From positions 124,001-188,000 of the forward strand of contig NIVC01001635.1 of assembly GCA_002269645.1 (NCBI GenBank): a DNA stretch of 64,000 nt, read 5' to 3'. The notes under the pieces were generated by a model that ran no database searches, was not told the origin of the DNA, and worked only from the letters and a program-made list of their open reading frames with translations. Source of the DNA: Macrostomum lignano (lineage: Eukaryota). Below, one piece after another: positions 11,695 through 23,433 of the stretch; within the stretch, counting starts at the first letter, position 1, and the number at the start of each line of letters is the position of its first letter. The position numbers were made by a program, and so were the translations under genes.

Positions 11695-13607
11695 ATGGCG
11701 AAGCTTTCTTTAAGGTAAAATACTCTTTGAACGAGATGGCCACACTACCTTTTGTCTTGTGTAAATGTTGGTTGCAATCAGACATCCCAAAATTATATTA
11801 TTTGCCAGTGTCTGGACTCTGAATTTAATTATAAATTAAATTATGATTACGATTATAAATTTTGCTGCCGCTTCATTGGTACTGTAGAATAAAATTTCTT
11901 CAGATTTTTTATCGCTTTCTTTCCCCAAAAATAATATTTTTATGAGGCTTCGGCTTTTGGTTCTTTAAATCTAATTAGTAATTAATAATTATAAAACCAA
12001 TGGGCATGGCTTCGATAGCCGAACTTAAATGAAATAAGCTTTTTTACTTTAAACTTCACTCCAAAGACTTGCAGCTGTGGAGAAAAATTCAGGGACATAT
12101 GTCGGTTATTCAGCTGTGATCTATTTCTATTAAGTCGAGTGTAATAACTTTGCATTTTTAGATGAATCGACAAAGTCTAACAAATGTTAATTTTTTGCAT
12201 ATTAGATGGTTGGTATATTATTTATTCTAATCTCCCCCTCCCATCAGGAGCACGGAGTTAGAGAACTTCTGCTCGCGAACGTCTGCCGGGCCTGGGTGGC
12301 GTTTTTGATGCTCCCCGGGCCGCCTTAGTTGACAGCGCGGAGTTGTTGACAGAGGGCAGCGGCCTGGGGGAATCAAAACAGCCCCCTGTCACCCATGTTA
12401 GCGGACAGTCGTTTGCTGCCAGAAGATCGGGCAGTCAGCAGCAGCAGCAGCAGCGAGATGAGACTGTGGAGACCAGACCAGAAGACCAGAAGAAGCAGAA
12501 TAAGTTGGCTCATTTCGTCATCGGCAGCGACAATTTCGGCTACAACGATGTTGGAGACTATTACGAGAATGAGAACACCTTCGATGATGACGATTGGGAA
12601 GCTGCAGAGTCGGCGGTTGAGCAGCAAAGCAGCAACCAACAGCCTACTCTGCCTTACAATCTAGTTAGCGACAGTCCGGACGGCTCCGGCCGAGCCATGG
12701 TGCTCCACCTTGGCGAGACTGAGCTGATTGGCGAAAGTCTCAAGCGAGAACTGACCGATATGTTGGAGTTTGCCGAAGAAGAACTGGAATGCCGACGCGT
12801 GCTGCTTGGCATTAGCCGGCAGAGGCAGGACAAAGGTGAGCGGAGCGAATAGTACACTATTAATTTCACAATACTTTTGATCAGCTTACAGTTTTTTCAA
12901 TTGACGCTGATTAAACGCACTAAAATTTTGGTTGAACATCCGTCTGAAGCTTGTTGCTAGGCGGCTATCTAAGATTGGTTGCTAATCTCTGAGCTCTTCT
13001 ACGATGGTCACTGATCATTTTCTAAGATGGTCGCTGAGCAGTCCTCTGATGGTCGCTAAGCAGTCCTCTAAGATGATCACTGAGCAGCCCTCTAAGATGA
13101 TCGCTGAGCAGTCCTCTAAGATGATCGCTGAGCAGCCCTCTAAGATGATCGCTGAGCAGCCCTCTAAGATGATCGCTGAGCAGCCCTCTAAGATGATCGC
13201 TGAGCAGCCCTCTAAGATGATCGCTGAGCAGCCCTCTAAGATGATCGCTGAGCAGCCCTCTAAGATGGTCGCTGAGCAGCCCTCTAAGATGGTCGCTGAG
13301 CAGCCCTCTAAGATGGTCGCTGAGCAGCCCTCTAAGATGATCGCTGAGCAGCCCTCTAAGATGATCGCTGAGCAGCCCTCTAAGATGGTCGCTGAACAAT
13401 TCTTATTTAATTACCAAACTCATTTATTTACGAATTCCAATTTAGTTGCAAAAATTGTCTGCACATTTAACTTTCTCAGACACCCTGATGAGGACGTTGC
13501 CTTTTCTTGGCTTTGCCTGCTACGAGCCTCGCTCCGGTTGCGCTGACCATCTGACCTGTCTGGACACAGACGGCTTCGCTTACATGGCCTACGCCATTTC
13601 CGATTGA
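11695..13607 (+). CDS. OAZ: Ornithine decarboxylase antizyme, expressed by +1 programmed ribosomal frameshifting
   Basis: Exon 1 11695-11714 (aaacATGG context) + exon 2 from 12248 give ORF1 MAKLSLRSTELENFCSRTSAGPGWRF* ending TTT TGA at 12303-12308. The +1 frame (GAT at 12307) runs to 12835 (SLKRELTDMLEFAEEELECRRVLLGISRQRQDK), and exon 3 13480-13607 encodes DTLMRTLPFLGFACYEP...FAYMAYAISD*, matching the antizyme C-terminal domain. Confidence 0.93.
12303..12391 (+). promoter_or_regulatory. +1 frameshift site (UUU UGA) and 3' stimulatory RNA pseudoknot
   Basis: Stem 1: 12312-12323 pairs with 12359-12370 (12 bp including 2 G-U). Stem 2: 12347-12357 pairs with 12381-12391 (10 of 11). Loops 23, 1 and 10 nt. 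Confidence 0.8.
13060..13395. repeat. Intronic minisatellite, 24-bp unit (AAGATGATCGCTGAGCAGCCCTCT), in OAZ intron 2
   Basis: About 14 tandem copies; explains the MIAEQPSK ORF. Confidence 0.95.
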
Positions 13608-15099
13608 TTTTGCTGAACATCCCGCTCGCAGAAGACTGAGTAAAGAACGAATAGAAGTTTGGCTGTAAGAGTGTGAGGAAAAAATCGCCATGTTTTGGTT
13701 AGAATTTTTCTTTAATTGTGTGTTGTGCTCTGTAGTGTCCGACTAATATTTAACATTTTCCTCTCTCATCCCTTTTTATTTCTATTTATGCATCTTTTAC
13801 GAAGTAAGAGCGTAAGTGTATTTTTTTCAAAGTGCGTTTAACTTAAAAAATCAATAATCAACAAAACTTAGCGAATACGAAGTAAAACAAACAACGATTA
13901 AAACAAAACATTTCTACTCAAAAAATTAAACTGTACGTTTCTTTTTGCGTTTAATTTTAACTTATTAATTTTAACATTTTTCACTTTGTAGGTACGCGCT
14001 GTGTATTATGTTGTATTTTTGCTTTAACTTGCAACAACCCAGAGGGTGGGACGCGGAGCTCTCGGGCTGCTTTGATCGTTATCAGATCTGTAAAGATATG
14101 TGGGCGTAAAGGCTCGCTTGTCTTTACCTGTGTACGAGATTAATTAAATTTGGTTTTAGAAAGCTCATAGTTTGCTTTAACCAGTTGTTGCAAAGAACAA
14201 AACGCAGTTCGGGTTTTAAATCTTTAAGCGAAGCATGCCGGAGTTTCATTTTAGTTTTTTTACGTTACTTTATTTTTTGTTACATTTCTATTTTTATTTA
14301 ATAAAAAAGTTCAAATCAATCCTTTGTTTTAACCTGAAACTCTTGTTGGCCTAATTCTGCAATAATTGAATTCAGAGCAAAGCGCGGTTGCGTCATCCGT
14401 TCATTCGTTAATTATATTTTTTGTTTTAATTTTCATTCTATTACATGCACATCACCTTCTGGAATTTATTTACGGAAGACGAAAATTTTGCAGGCTATTT
14501 TTCTTTGCGTCATATAGTGTAATTTCCTAAGTTTTATTATGTTAGCATAGCTGAAGTTGAAGTACACAATTGGCACTAATTGTTGTGACGGTGTAGCGCG
14601 TCACATATTAATTTTAATCAATCATTTTTTAATAATATACTATTTCTGCCACGTGCTTTTGGCGATGCGTCATTGAGTTCATTCAAAATTTATATTCTTT
14701 ATCGGCAATTCTTTGCATTGTTTATTAGTGAAATTTTGCATTACGTATATATACTCAGCAACATTTGACAGCAGTATTGACTTTTGAGTGACTCAACTTG
14801 CGCCACGCGACGCAAAGTTGGGCTGGGTGAGGAGGGATTGGGAAGAGCGGAGGGTGAAGAATGGTTGGATTGAAGCTTCCGCCCGGTTTTCATTGTTTTT
14901 TTTCAAAAAATTTTTATTATCAAAATGGTTGGCCAGTAGATTGATGCTGTCGAAAAACATGCTCACTTGGGCAAAGGGTGGCGTCTTTTCAATGTTGTTC
15001 CGAATACAAAGACAACAACAAAATGCGTTGTCAGCCAATCAGGCGAGTCATGAGAGGCAAAGACAGCGTCGCCACAGGGCGCGTTTCAGCTTCAGTGCC

Positions 15100-15240
15100 T
15101 GCGCGCGAACCTAGGCCGCACCGCCGGTAGCGTCCGGGGCGCCAGCATCGTCGAAACGCCTGCCCTCGCCGGTAGGGTGCCTGCAGCGTCAGCAGCAGCA
15201 CCTCCTGCACCGGATGCGGGCAGTAGGACTCGGCTCGGAT
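15100..15240 (-). mobile_element. 3' fragment of RTE-type non-LTR retrotransposon
   Basis: AESYCPHPVQEVLLLTLQAPYRRG parallels AEQYCPEPLQDVLLVSLQGPRRL at the C-terminus of the RTE copy at 19683-20426. Confidence 0.65.
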
Positions 15241-15424
15241 CAACACACAAAATACATGTAGCACAATCATATTCCATAATGCATGTATGTACGGGTGTAC
15301 ATGGGGGCCAATAGCCTTCCTTATACATGTACATGTACCTTTTGTCTCGTTAATGTACATGTACCTCTTATCTTTCCAATCGATTGAGGTTATTGTCTAA
15401 TTGAAACATTTCGAGTACATAATG

Positions 15425-15763
15425 CAGGGGCGTCTCCCCCTGGATTTTATGGTGGGGCTTGGCCAAAGCCATGCAAGAATTTAACATGTACGCTCGTACA
15501 TGTACATGACTAAATTCCTACATATCCATTATTTTAAAAATCGGTGTTGTCAGCACTCATTTTAGCGCCGCAGGCACTCATTTTGGTGCCGCGGGCACTC
15601 ATTTCGGCACCGCAGGCACTCATTTTAGCGCCGCAGGCACTCATTTTGGCAGGCACTCATTCTGACCCGTTGATGATTACCACAACGGGTCAGAAGATGG
15701 GGTGGGGGGGACAAAAGCATTGGCATGTCCCCCAGCTGTGCCCCCCAGGTAGCGACGCGCCTG
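15425..15763. mobile_element. hAT-type MITE with internal 21-bp tandem repeat
   Basis: Termini CAGGGGCGTC...GACGCGCCTG; flanks ACATAATG / ACATTATG (7 of 8 TSD); internal GCGCCGCAGGCACTCATTTT repeats; related copy inverted at ~37850-38120. Confidence 0.7.
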
Positions 15764-16141
15764 ACATTATGTAATCACTATTACAACCCAGTCATTTCGG
15801 ACCCCGGAACAGGTTAGCAAAAAGGGCAGCTGCCTCCCCCCTACCAGTCATCTAGATCGGGGGCGATGCCCCACTCTTAAAAAATTCTCAACTGCAATGA
15901 GGGAACCTATTTAGTATTTACTATGGCGGAGGTAAAATATTCGCCAAAATAGCAAACTATAAAATCTCGCCTGCGGCTGCTAAAACCTCATCTTCCTGTC
16001 ATGGCAAGTAAAAATCCAGGAATTAAACGATGATGCAATCCTGAAATTTGATAAAAAAAACTTTGGTATTTCGTTAGGTACATAATATAAATCCCACAGC
16101 CCGGATTTAGAGGCCAAATGCCAGGATTTCGGGATCCTCGG

Positions 16142-17359
16142 TGTCGTATCGCGTGACTCAGTCTGGAACAGAAGGCCGGCGGCGCTGTTTCCGCTGCTTG
16201 TCGACCGGCAGCCAAATGTCCCTTCGCAGACAAACACTGTTTTAACTGCAGCAAAGTCGGGCACACCGCGAGGCGGACGCGTTCAGCGCGGCAAAGCAGC
16301 TGCTCACGTAGCTCAGCGTCCTAGTTCACTATAACGCTGCAGAAGAGCTCTACCAAGATGGCGACGCATCGTACAACCGAGTGGACTCGTTATATTCCAC
16401 TGTCGTGTGTCGAGGCCATGGACAAGCCGATCGCCTACGCTTCGTGCAGTCTCAGCTCAGCAGAGAAAAATTACTTCCAGCTGGATAAGGAGGCCTTGGC
16501 GCTGGTTTTCGGTGTCAAAACAAAATGAATCGGGACATTGAGGCCAAGGAAGGGAGCTGCCCGGACTACCAGCGAGCCGGACCAGAAGCTCCGCCTCAGC
16601 TATGGCCGCTAATAGCGCTGTCCACGTCGATTTCGCTGGTCCCGTCCAAGGTTGAATGCTGTTGCTGGTGGTCAACTCCTACTCAAAGTGGCTCGATGTG
16701 TATGTGACGACAGCGACGACAACTTTCGCATCAGTGGAAAAGCTGCGACAGAACTTCAGCACTCATGGACTACTCATCTCAGACAATGGGCCCTGCTTTG
16801 CCAGCTTCGATTTTGACGCCTTTTGTGCCAAGAATGGAATTCGGCACATCTGCACGGCACCCTACCATCCGGTTTCCAATGGTCAAGCTGAGCGAGCGGT
16901 GCAAACCGTTAAGAACTCCCTGAAGAAGCAGGCCAACGACGGCAGCTCCCTGGAGACCCAGCTGGCCAGATTCCTGCTCAGCTACCGTACAACACCGCAT
17001 CCAACGACGCGAGTGGCACCGTGTGAGCTCCTGATGCGGAGCTTGGACGCTGCGTAGCCTGCTCGACGTACCGAGGCCAGACGTCACCAAGCGAGTTCTC
17101 GAGAGCCAGGAAAAGCAGAAGCAGCAGCACGACTCGGGCGCGCAGAGTAGAGTTTTCGAAGAGGGCGAGGCGGTGTTCGTTTAAGACTTTAGCCGCGGGA
17201 ACGAGCGAACCTGGACATCGGCTATCGTGGTCAGCAACTGGTACAAGTGCATTCTGCCGAACAACCGGATGGTGCGGCGGCACGCAGAACAGATGCGGCT
17301 CGACAAGACAAGCCTGGGCCGCTGCAGACGAATCCTGAATCCAGCGGTGAGCTCAGGTT

Positions 17360-17399
<40 letters not shown>

Positions 17400-17880
17400 T
17401 CGCAGCCTCGACCGCTGCCGCAGCTGCAACTACCGGATCAAGGACCAGCACAAATTCTCAGAAGATCAAGCAGAGCTCGATCGATTTCCGTCCACCTAAT
17501 CTACGATGGGAGAGGTGTCGTATCACGTGACTCAGCAAGTGTACACTGAGTACACTCGTATTATTTTTATTGATCGACTGACTATAATTGTTTATTGAGC
17601 GTGTGACTTATTCTCTCTTAGTGTGTGCATTCTTTTAAACCCCTTTTGCTTTTAAGCTTGTCATGCAGTGTACGTGTGTGTTTGTAAGTCTTATAGCGCT
17701 AATGATTTTTTCATACGTTCGTTTTTATTAAATAAATATCGAATGGTAAGCTTCAGAGCTCAAGTTTCTATTTCTCGCACTAAACAGCTATAGAGTTGTC
17801 TCACCCGGGACCAGGGATTGACTTAGAACTAGAAGACCTAGATAATGTACATGTAAAATTAAGTTTCTACTTAATCGACA
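16142..17880 (+). mobile_element. Ty3/Gypsy LTR retrotransposon remnant (RNase H fragment, integrase, PPT, LTR)
   Basis: RT-RNaseH remnant KPIAYASCSLSSAEKNY...LDKEALALVFGVK (~16425-16520); integrase LLISDNGPCFAS...TAPYHPVSNGQAERAVQTVK (16656-17057); polypurine tract GATGGGAGAGG 17505-17515 then TGTCGTATC; same LTR start at 16142; possible LTR end CGACA at 17880. Confidence 0.85.
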
Positions 17881-19624
17881 AGTAACTGTGTATAATTTCA
17901 TCTAGAACGTGTAGATAACTCAGTAGTTGTTACGAGCTAGAGCTACATGTACGAGTACCTACTCTAGTAGCATCTCTAAGGCAAACTAAAACACATTTTC
18001 CCCATACTGATCGAATTGCAAAGCATCGAGGACGAGGACGGATGTTTTAAGGATAGGCCGATTTAGGCCAATCTCTGAAGCATTTACATGTACATGTACA
18101 CGTGCAGCTCTCGTCCTTACCTGCATGTACATGTACCTCTCAGCCCGATTTAATCCCACAGATCACCTCATTGGTATCCCCCTGTAATTGATCCAAGCTG
18201 CTGACCATATTGCCCTATTTGAAGTTGAACGGACGCCTCTTTACTTACGAAGAATACCCTCCAGCAATTTATTCTGAATAGTATTATTAATTTACGAGTC
18301 ATCAATTAACAATGTTTTATTGGTGCTGTCTGCTCTAACGTAATGTAACGCTCATACGAGCGTATTTAGCTACATGTGCGGCTACATTTGCATGTACTGT
18401 ACATCTACGTCTGTAGCATGGGGGCCGCCCCGGGGGGGAGGGTCCGTAGGCCCGTACAGTATACAGAGAAAATCTAAAGCAAACTAAACGGAAAATTCCA
18501 CTCCAACTCCGATAGTGACTGGATGATATGTATATGAGAGAGAGCGAGAGAGCGCGAGGGAGAGAAGAAAACTAAAATCAGGCGATGGAAATTTCCACGC
18601 GGCCTTGTAGAGCAGATAGGAAGGCTCGGTCGGCTGCTGCCGTTTTTATATTGCCTTGTGCCTTTAAGCCTAAGGCCAGCCAGGCAAAAACCTCGTCTCT
18701 CGTTTTTTTTTTCACTTTAATCGCTCTTACACTATTTGGATAATACCAGCTGCCACAGCCAGTTAAAAGCAATTATATCCAATTTAACAGTTTTAATTAA
18801 CTAGTGTGTACTGTGGGTGAAACTTAAAGTATGCTAATTCTTGTTAAACTAGGGGCTCGCATACTTCTCGCATAAAAAAGCTCGCATGGTGCCCTCGATC
18901 TCAGCCGCTGTGGCGCCCCAATTCACCACAGTGGTGGCACCCCAGAAGTACTGTGGACTGGCGCCCCTCGATGTTGGCGCTCCTCGATGCTGGCGCCGCC
19001 ATAATAAATACGCGCGGCTCTCCAATAAATATTCTTGGCTATAAACCCCTGCATGCATGATGCATGATATGTACATGTATGTGTACTTTTATCCACAGTA
19101 GCGTCAGACGATCACGGGACTTCAGAAGGAAAATTCACGCGGGATGGGAACGGGAAATTGAAACTTTCGAAGAGTGCATGAAGACTAATCTCTTCCTAAA
19201 GTGCATTGTTGATGCTGGACTGCAAGACGCCTGTGCCAAGATAATCCAATTTCCGATCTTGTCTGGTGTGGGCAACGTAAAATTCTAGGTTAGGCCCCAA
19301 GAGTTTTATTGATCCAGGGCAGCTAGGGGCCACATCCTGCAGGGAGGGCTTAGGGAGGACGACGCCCGGCCATGCTCATTTTCTCAGTTTTCCACATCAT
19401 ATGACTGCAGTCTGTAGTGAGCTACGTATGCGTGTAATTCTGCCTTGCTTGAGTCGGCTATATACTGCGCGCTAATTAATTGTTTGCTTCTGTATTTTGC
19501 AAAGTATAAAATAATAAGAGTTGCAACAAATTCGTTACCGATTTTTTTATTTTAGATTGAATTAAATGGTTACGAAGATTGGTTTGTAATAATTCGATCA
19601 CTAATACACAACATGTTCATTGTT

Positions 19625-22170
19625 CACAACAACAACAACAAACTGCAGCAACCCTGGGCAAGCCAATTAAGTTGGGTTGCTGTCAAAATGCGCGCGCAAG
19701 CGCAGATTTGCGCAGAATAGCGAGTCCGCGGGGGTCGGAGATTTCAGCGTCTCTTAAAAGCAGGTCGACAAAACGCAGACTTCTCGACTGACAAAGCCGC
19801 CGCGGCCCTTGAAGGGATACCAGCAGTACGTCTTGAAGCGGCTCAGGGCAGTACTGCTCTGCCCGGATGACGTGGCCGGCCAGCTGTAGGCGCCGGATGC
19901 GCAGCAGCTGGCTGGGTCGGGAGAGCTGGGCCCGTCGGTATAACTCGTCATTGCTGGTGTTGGTGGTGGCGATCGGCGAGTAGTGGACACCGAAGGCGGC
20001 TCTCAGGAGTCCAGCGTGAGCGGCGTCGAGTTGCCGCTCCTGTGGGCCGTTCAGTGTCCACGTTTCAGCGTTGTAAAGGAGGACGGTTTCAATGACGGCC
20101 TGGAACAGCCGCCCTCTCAGCCGATCCGGCAGCGCGGGGCTCTGCAGGACAGTCCGCACGGTGCGGAATGCGCCCCAGGCAAGCGCCCTGCACCGTGCCA
20201 TATCCTCCGTGATGCTTGGCACCAGACCACCGAGGTAGACGAACTCTTTGCAGCGGGGCAGCAACGCCACCTGCCCGTTCGTGCAGCGGCAGTAGACCTC
20301 AGCTGGGAGGTCCGTCGGCACGGTCAGCACCATTGTCTTTTTGGTATTCACGGACAGTCCGATCGCAGCGGCCGCCGCCGTCAGCTGGTCTAGCAGGCGC
20401 TGAGCTCCTTCAGCTGTGCTAGACAAGCAGCGCTAGATCGTCCGCCTACGCTAGGATGGAGAGTCGCTTCTCGGGGTGCCGCCTGCTTGTTCTGCGGCAG
20501 AGCAAGATTCCTTTGGAGTTGTCAGGAGGGAGGCCAGTGCGCAGTACCCAGTCCAGGACCAGGATGAACAAAAAAGGAGTCAAGGACCCTTGGAGAACGC
20601 CGGAAGACGTGTCGAAGAGGTCGGAAAGGCCATCCGGTGTCACAACTGCCTCTCTTCGGGCGTGTCACCCTCCAGGTTCAGAGCGTTGCGTCTCTTGCGG
20701 CCTGTCAGCTGATTGACAACCGACCAGACGGCACGCGGTTTCTTGTCGGGATCGGCGTCCGTGATCTCTTGAATAGCGGTCTTTACCGCGGCGCGTTGCC
20801 GGGCTTCAAATGTCTCCGCTAGAGTCTCCTCTTCCTTCTCCGTGGGCTGTCCGCTACTCCGCAGTCCCTCCACTGTCAGCCGATCCTGCCGCAGCACTTC
20901 GTCGTTCTGCCACACTGGCCGACTCCTTTCTGCTGGCTTCACCAGCGGTAGAGTTTTGGTAGCGGCGGCTTGGATTGCCTGCACTGATGTCCGGATACTC
21001 GGCTGGGGTTGTTGTATCTGGCCGTTCTTCGAGCGCCTAGGCAAATGCCAGACAGAAGCGGCCACTTGTAACCGCGGGTCGCGTATGGCGCGGAAGTTCG
21101 CGTTGAAGTTTTGGCTGTTTTTTCGGTGGTCGATATAACGGGTCCTTCAAGTGCAGGTCGCAGTAGAGCAGCCTAGATGGCCTGACCGCATTACCAACGG
21201 AGCCACCGTATCGCAGTTAGTCACTCGTCATCGTTCTCGCTGGCGAAGCAGCACGTGGTCGAGCTGTGCGAGTGTCTTTCCGACGTGGCCGTTTACATGC
21301 AGCCAGCAAATGTTGCCAATCTGTGAAGCGGCTTCCTGAACAGTGCGTTTGCTGAGACCAGGTCGTGGCGGTCCATGAAGTCCATTTGGGCATTAGTATT
21401 GTTGTTTTCGCGTGGCGTTACAAAGCGAGCGCGCTCGGCCTCCGAGTACCAGTACAGTGTCGCGTTGAGCGGTCTTCTCCAGCTGCGCTGACAGGAACTC
21501 CAGAAACTGCCGGTGCTCCTCAGGGCGAGCAGCCGTGGGCGCATAGGCACAGATCGAAGAGACGCATGTTACGCTTGCGGAGTCGGATGTCAACGCGCAG
21601 AAGCCGCGGCGAGAGGCTCTCACAGCGTGTACTTTGCTGAAGCCTCGGCCTGGTAAGTATCCCCGAACCTTTCGAGTCTGCTGATGTGTATTGCAGGAGC
21701 CAGCCGCCGCCTATGTGCTCCTGGTGAAGACGAAGCCCAGGCTCGGCCGTGATGGGGAGCTCCTGCAGAATAATTATATCAAGTTGTAGGTCGCCTGCTA
21801 GCTGGGCCAAAAGATGTTGTCTCCACTTTGCTCGCAAAGTTCGGTAGTTCCAGGTAATAATTATGAGCTGTTGCTGTGCGCATTTTGGTTCGGCTGGGGT
21901 CCGGTGATTTTGAACCCTACGGTCCATGGCGCCACCCAGCAGATCCGCACCACCATTTGGCAGGGGCCGGCTGCCTGTGGCTCGTCGCTCGCGTCCCCGA
22001 AGTCGGCCACGGCGATTTTGCTCACGGCGCCGTTCTTTGCGACGACGCTCACTTCGGCGGCCCCGCCAAGTGGATGGTGTGCCGCTCTTGGCAGCCGCAG
22101 CAGAAGCGCGGCTCTCCGTTGAGGCCTTGGAACGCACTGCTAGCATGTTTGGCGGCGGCAGCGCTAGCTA
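19625..22170 (-). mobile_element. RTE-clade non-LTR retrotransposon, decayed with internal deletion
   Basis: APE endonuclease (IITWNYRTL, ILQEL, SICAYAPT, NTNAQ...FRKP), RT pieces (SGVLQGSLTPFLFILVLDW; GLSVNTKKT...FVYLGG; RLFQAVIETVLLYNAETWTL; LAGHVIR) and a (TTG)n tail near 19625. Confidence 0.9.
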
Positions 22171-23433
22171 TTTAAACGCTCAGCGTTTAAATATAAACTG
22201 CAATAGACTGCAACATACAGAATGCATGTACATGTACATATGATGCAAAATATGCACTTTTCTTATTTTTTTATCGTTTTTTGGCTTTGAAACTTATGTT
22301 TTGCTTATTTTATTCCAGCGTACATAAACATTTTAAAATAATAAAAAGTAATTATATAGTAAAAAAATAAATTAAAAAACCTATCAAGAAGTGGTCGGCC
22401 GCCACCCTTCAAAGGATGTCGCCAGTAGAACTTTTAATTTTAAGGCCATGTCTTTGGAGATTGATTTCATTGTAGAAAGGCAAAATTTCATCGTATCGGA
22501 TGCTAAATTCAGAGCCAGGGGTAAAAGAATTGCTGTGGACGCAGCCAAATTATTTTTTCTAGCGCTAATTCCCTTGCACAAAATCAGTGGCGCAATTACT
22601 GTAGTTAGCCCCAGCTACCACACCGAAGACGACAATTAAAAAGTAAGATTGTGAATTGTATTCCTCCTAGAACGTCTCCTAGATGCTGTTGTCAAATTAT
22701 GTAAACGTAACGACAATTGATAAATAATTATCGCGTCTGAAAGGCACTGTAAACCAGAAATATGGTAACAAAAGAAAGTTTTAAAACACTCTTGTTTCTT
22801 AAAAATTTATGGCAAAAAATGCCCCTAGTTTGTATATTTTGTTTCATCAGAAGCTGTCTTAATTTACGTCTTGGAAAAAAGTCGTAAGCGGCAATTTTAA
22901 ATATATAATATTCATCGAAAGTAGTTTAAAAGGGAGAATTACGATTTACGAGCAGTAGTAGCAGAAAGTAACGAAGAGAAATTGGGCCGACCGGCCGAGT
23001 AAGTCGAAACACAGGATTGATATCTTCTGTTTTCAGTGTCTAAGTCAATATTCTTTTGTTTTACGTGTCTGGGAGTTCAAATAAATACTGGGCCCTAGCT
23101 CAACTCAGCTGTTTTGAAGTCAACAGTCTTGATTCAAGATCAAGGAGTGAAAGCGCAAACCAAGATTTAAACCAAAAATACGTACCATCGCCACCTCAAC
23201 GCAGACGCTGACTGTTGTCAGTTTTTGTTTTTTTACTGCTTTTTTGCAGAAAAGTTCTATATCCAAAGAAGATCCAAAATCCTAAATTTGCACTTTAAAT
23301 CCAATAATACCAAAGAAACAATATCAATTTATAAAATTAAAGCTCCCAATTCCATCTAAAGCAAAACATTTCCTGTTTCCTAAGGACACAAGTTACTAAT
23401 CCAGTTAATTTTATCCTACTTACTTAAAATAAA

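Noticed and set aside
14793-15038. 81-aa minus-strand ORF as a small gene
   Set aside because: No recognisable family, no partner exons, and it sits beside an RTE fragment; cannot be supported without expression data.
22384-22639. Overlapping 65-82-aa ORFs upstream of Homer
   Set aside because: Short, on both strands, with no motif recognised; may be TE debris or Homer 5' region.
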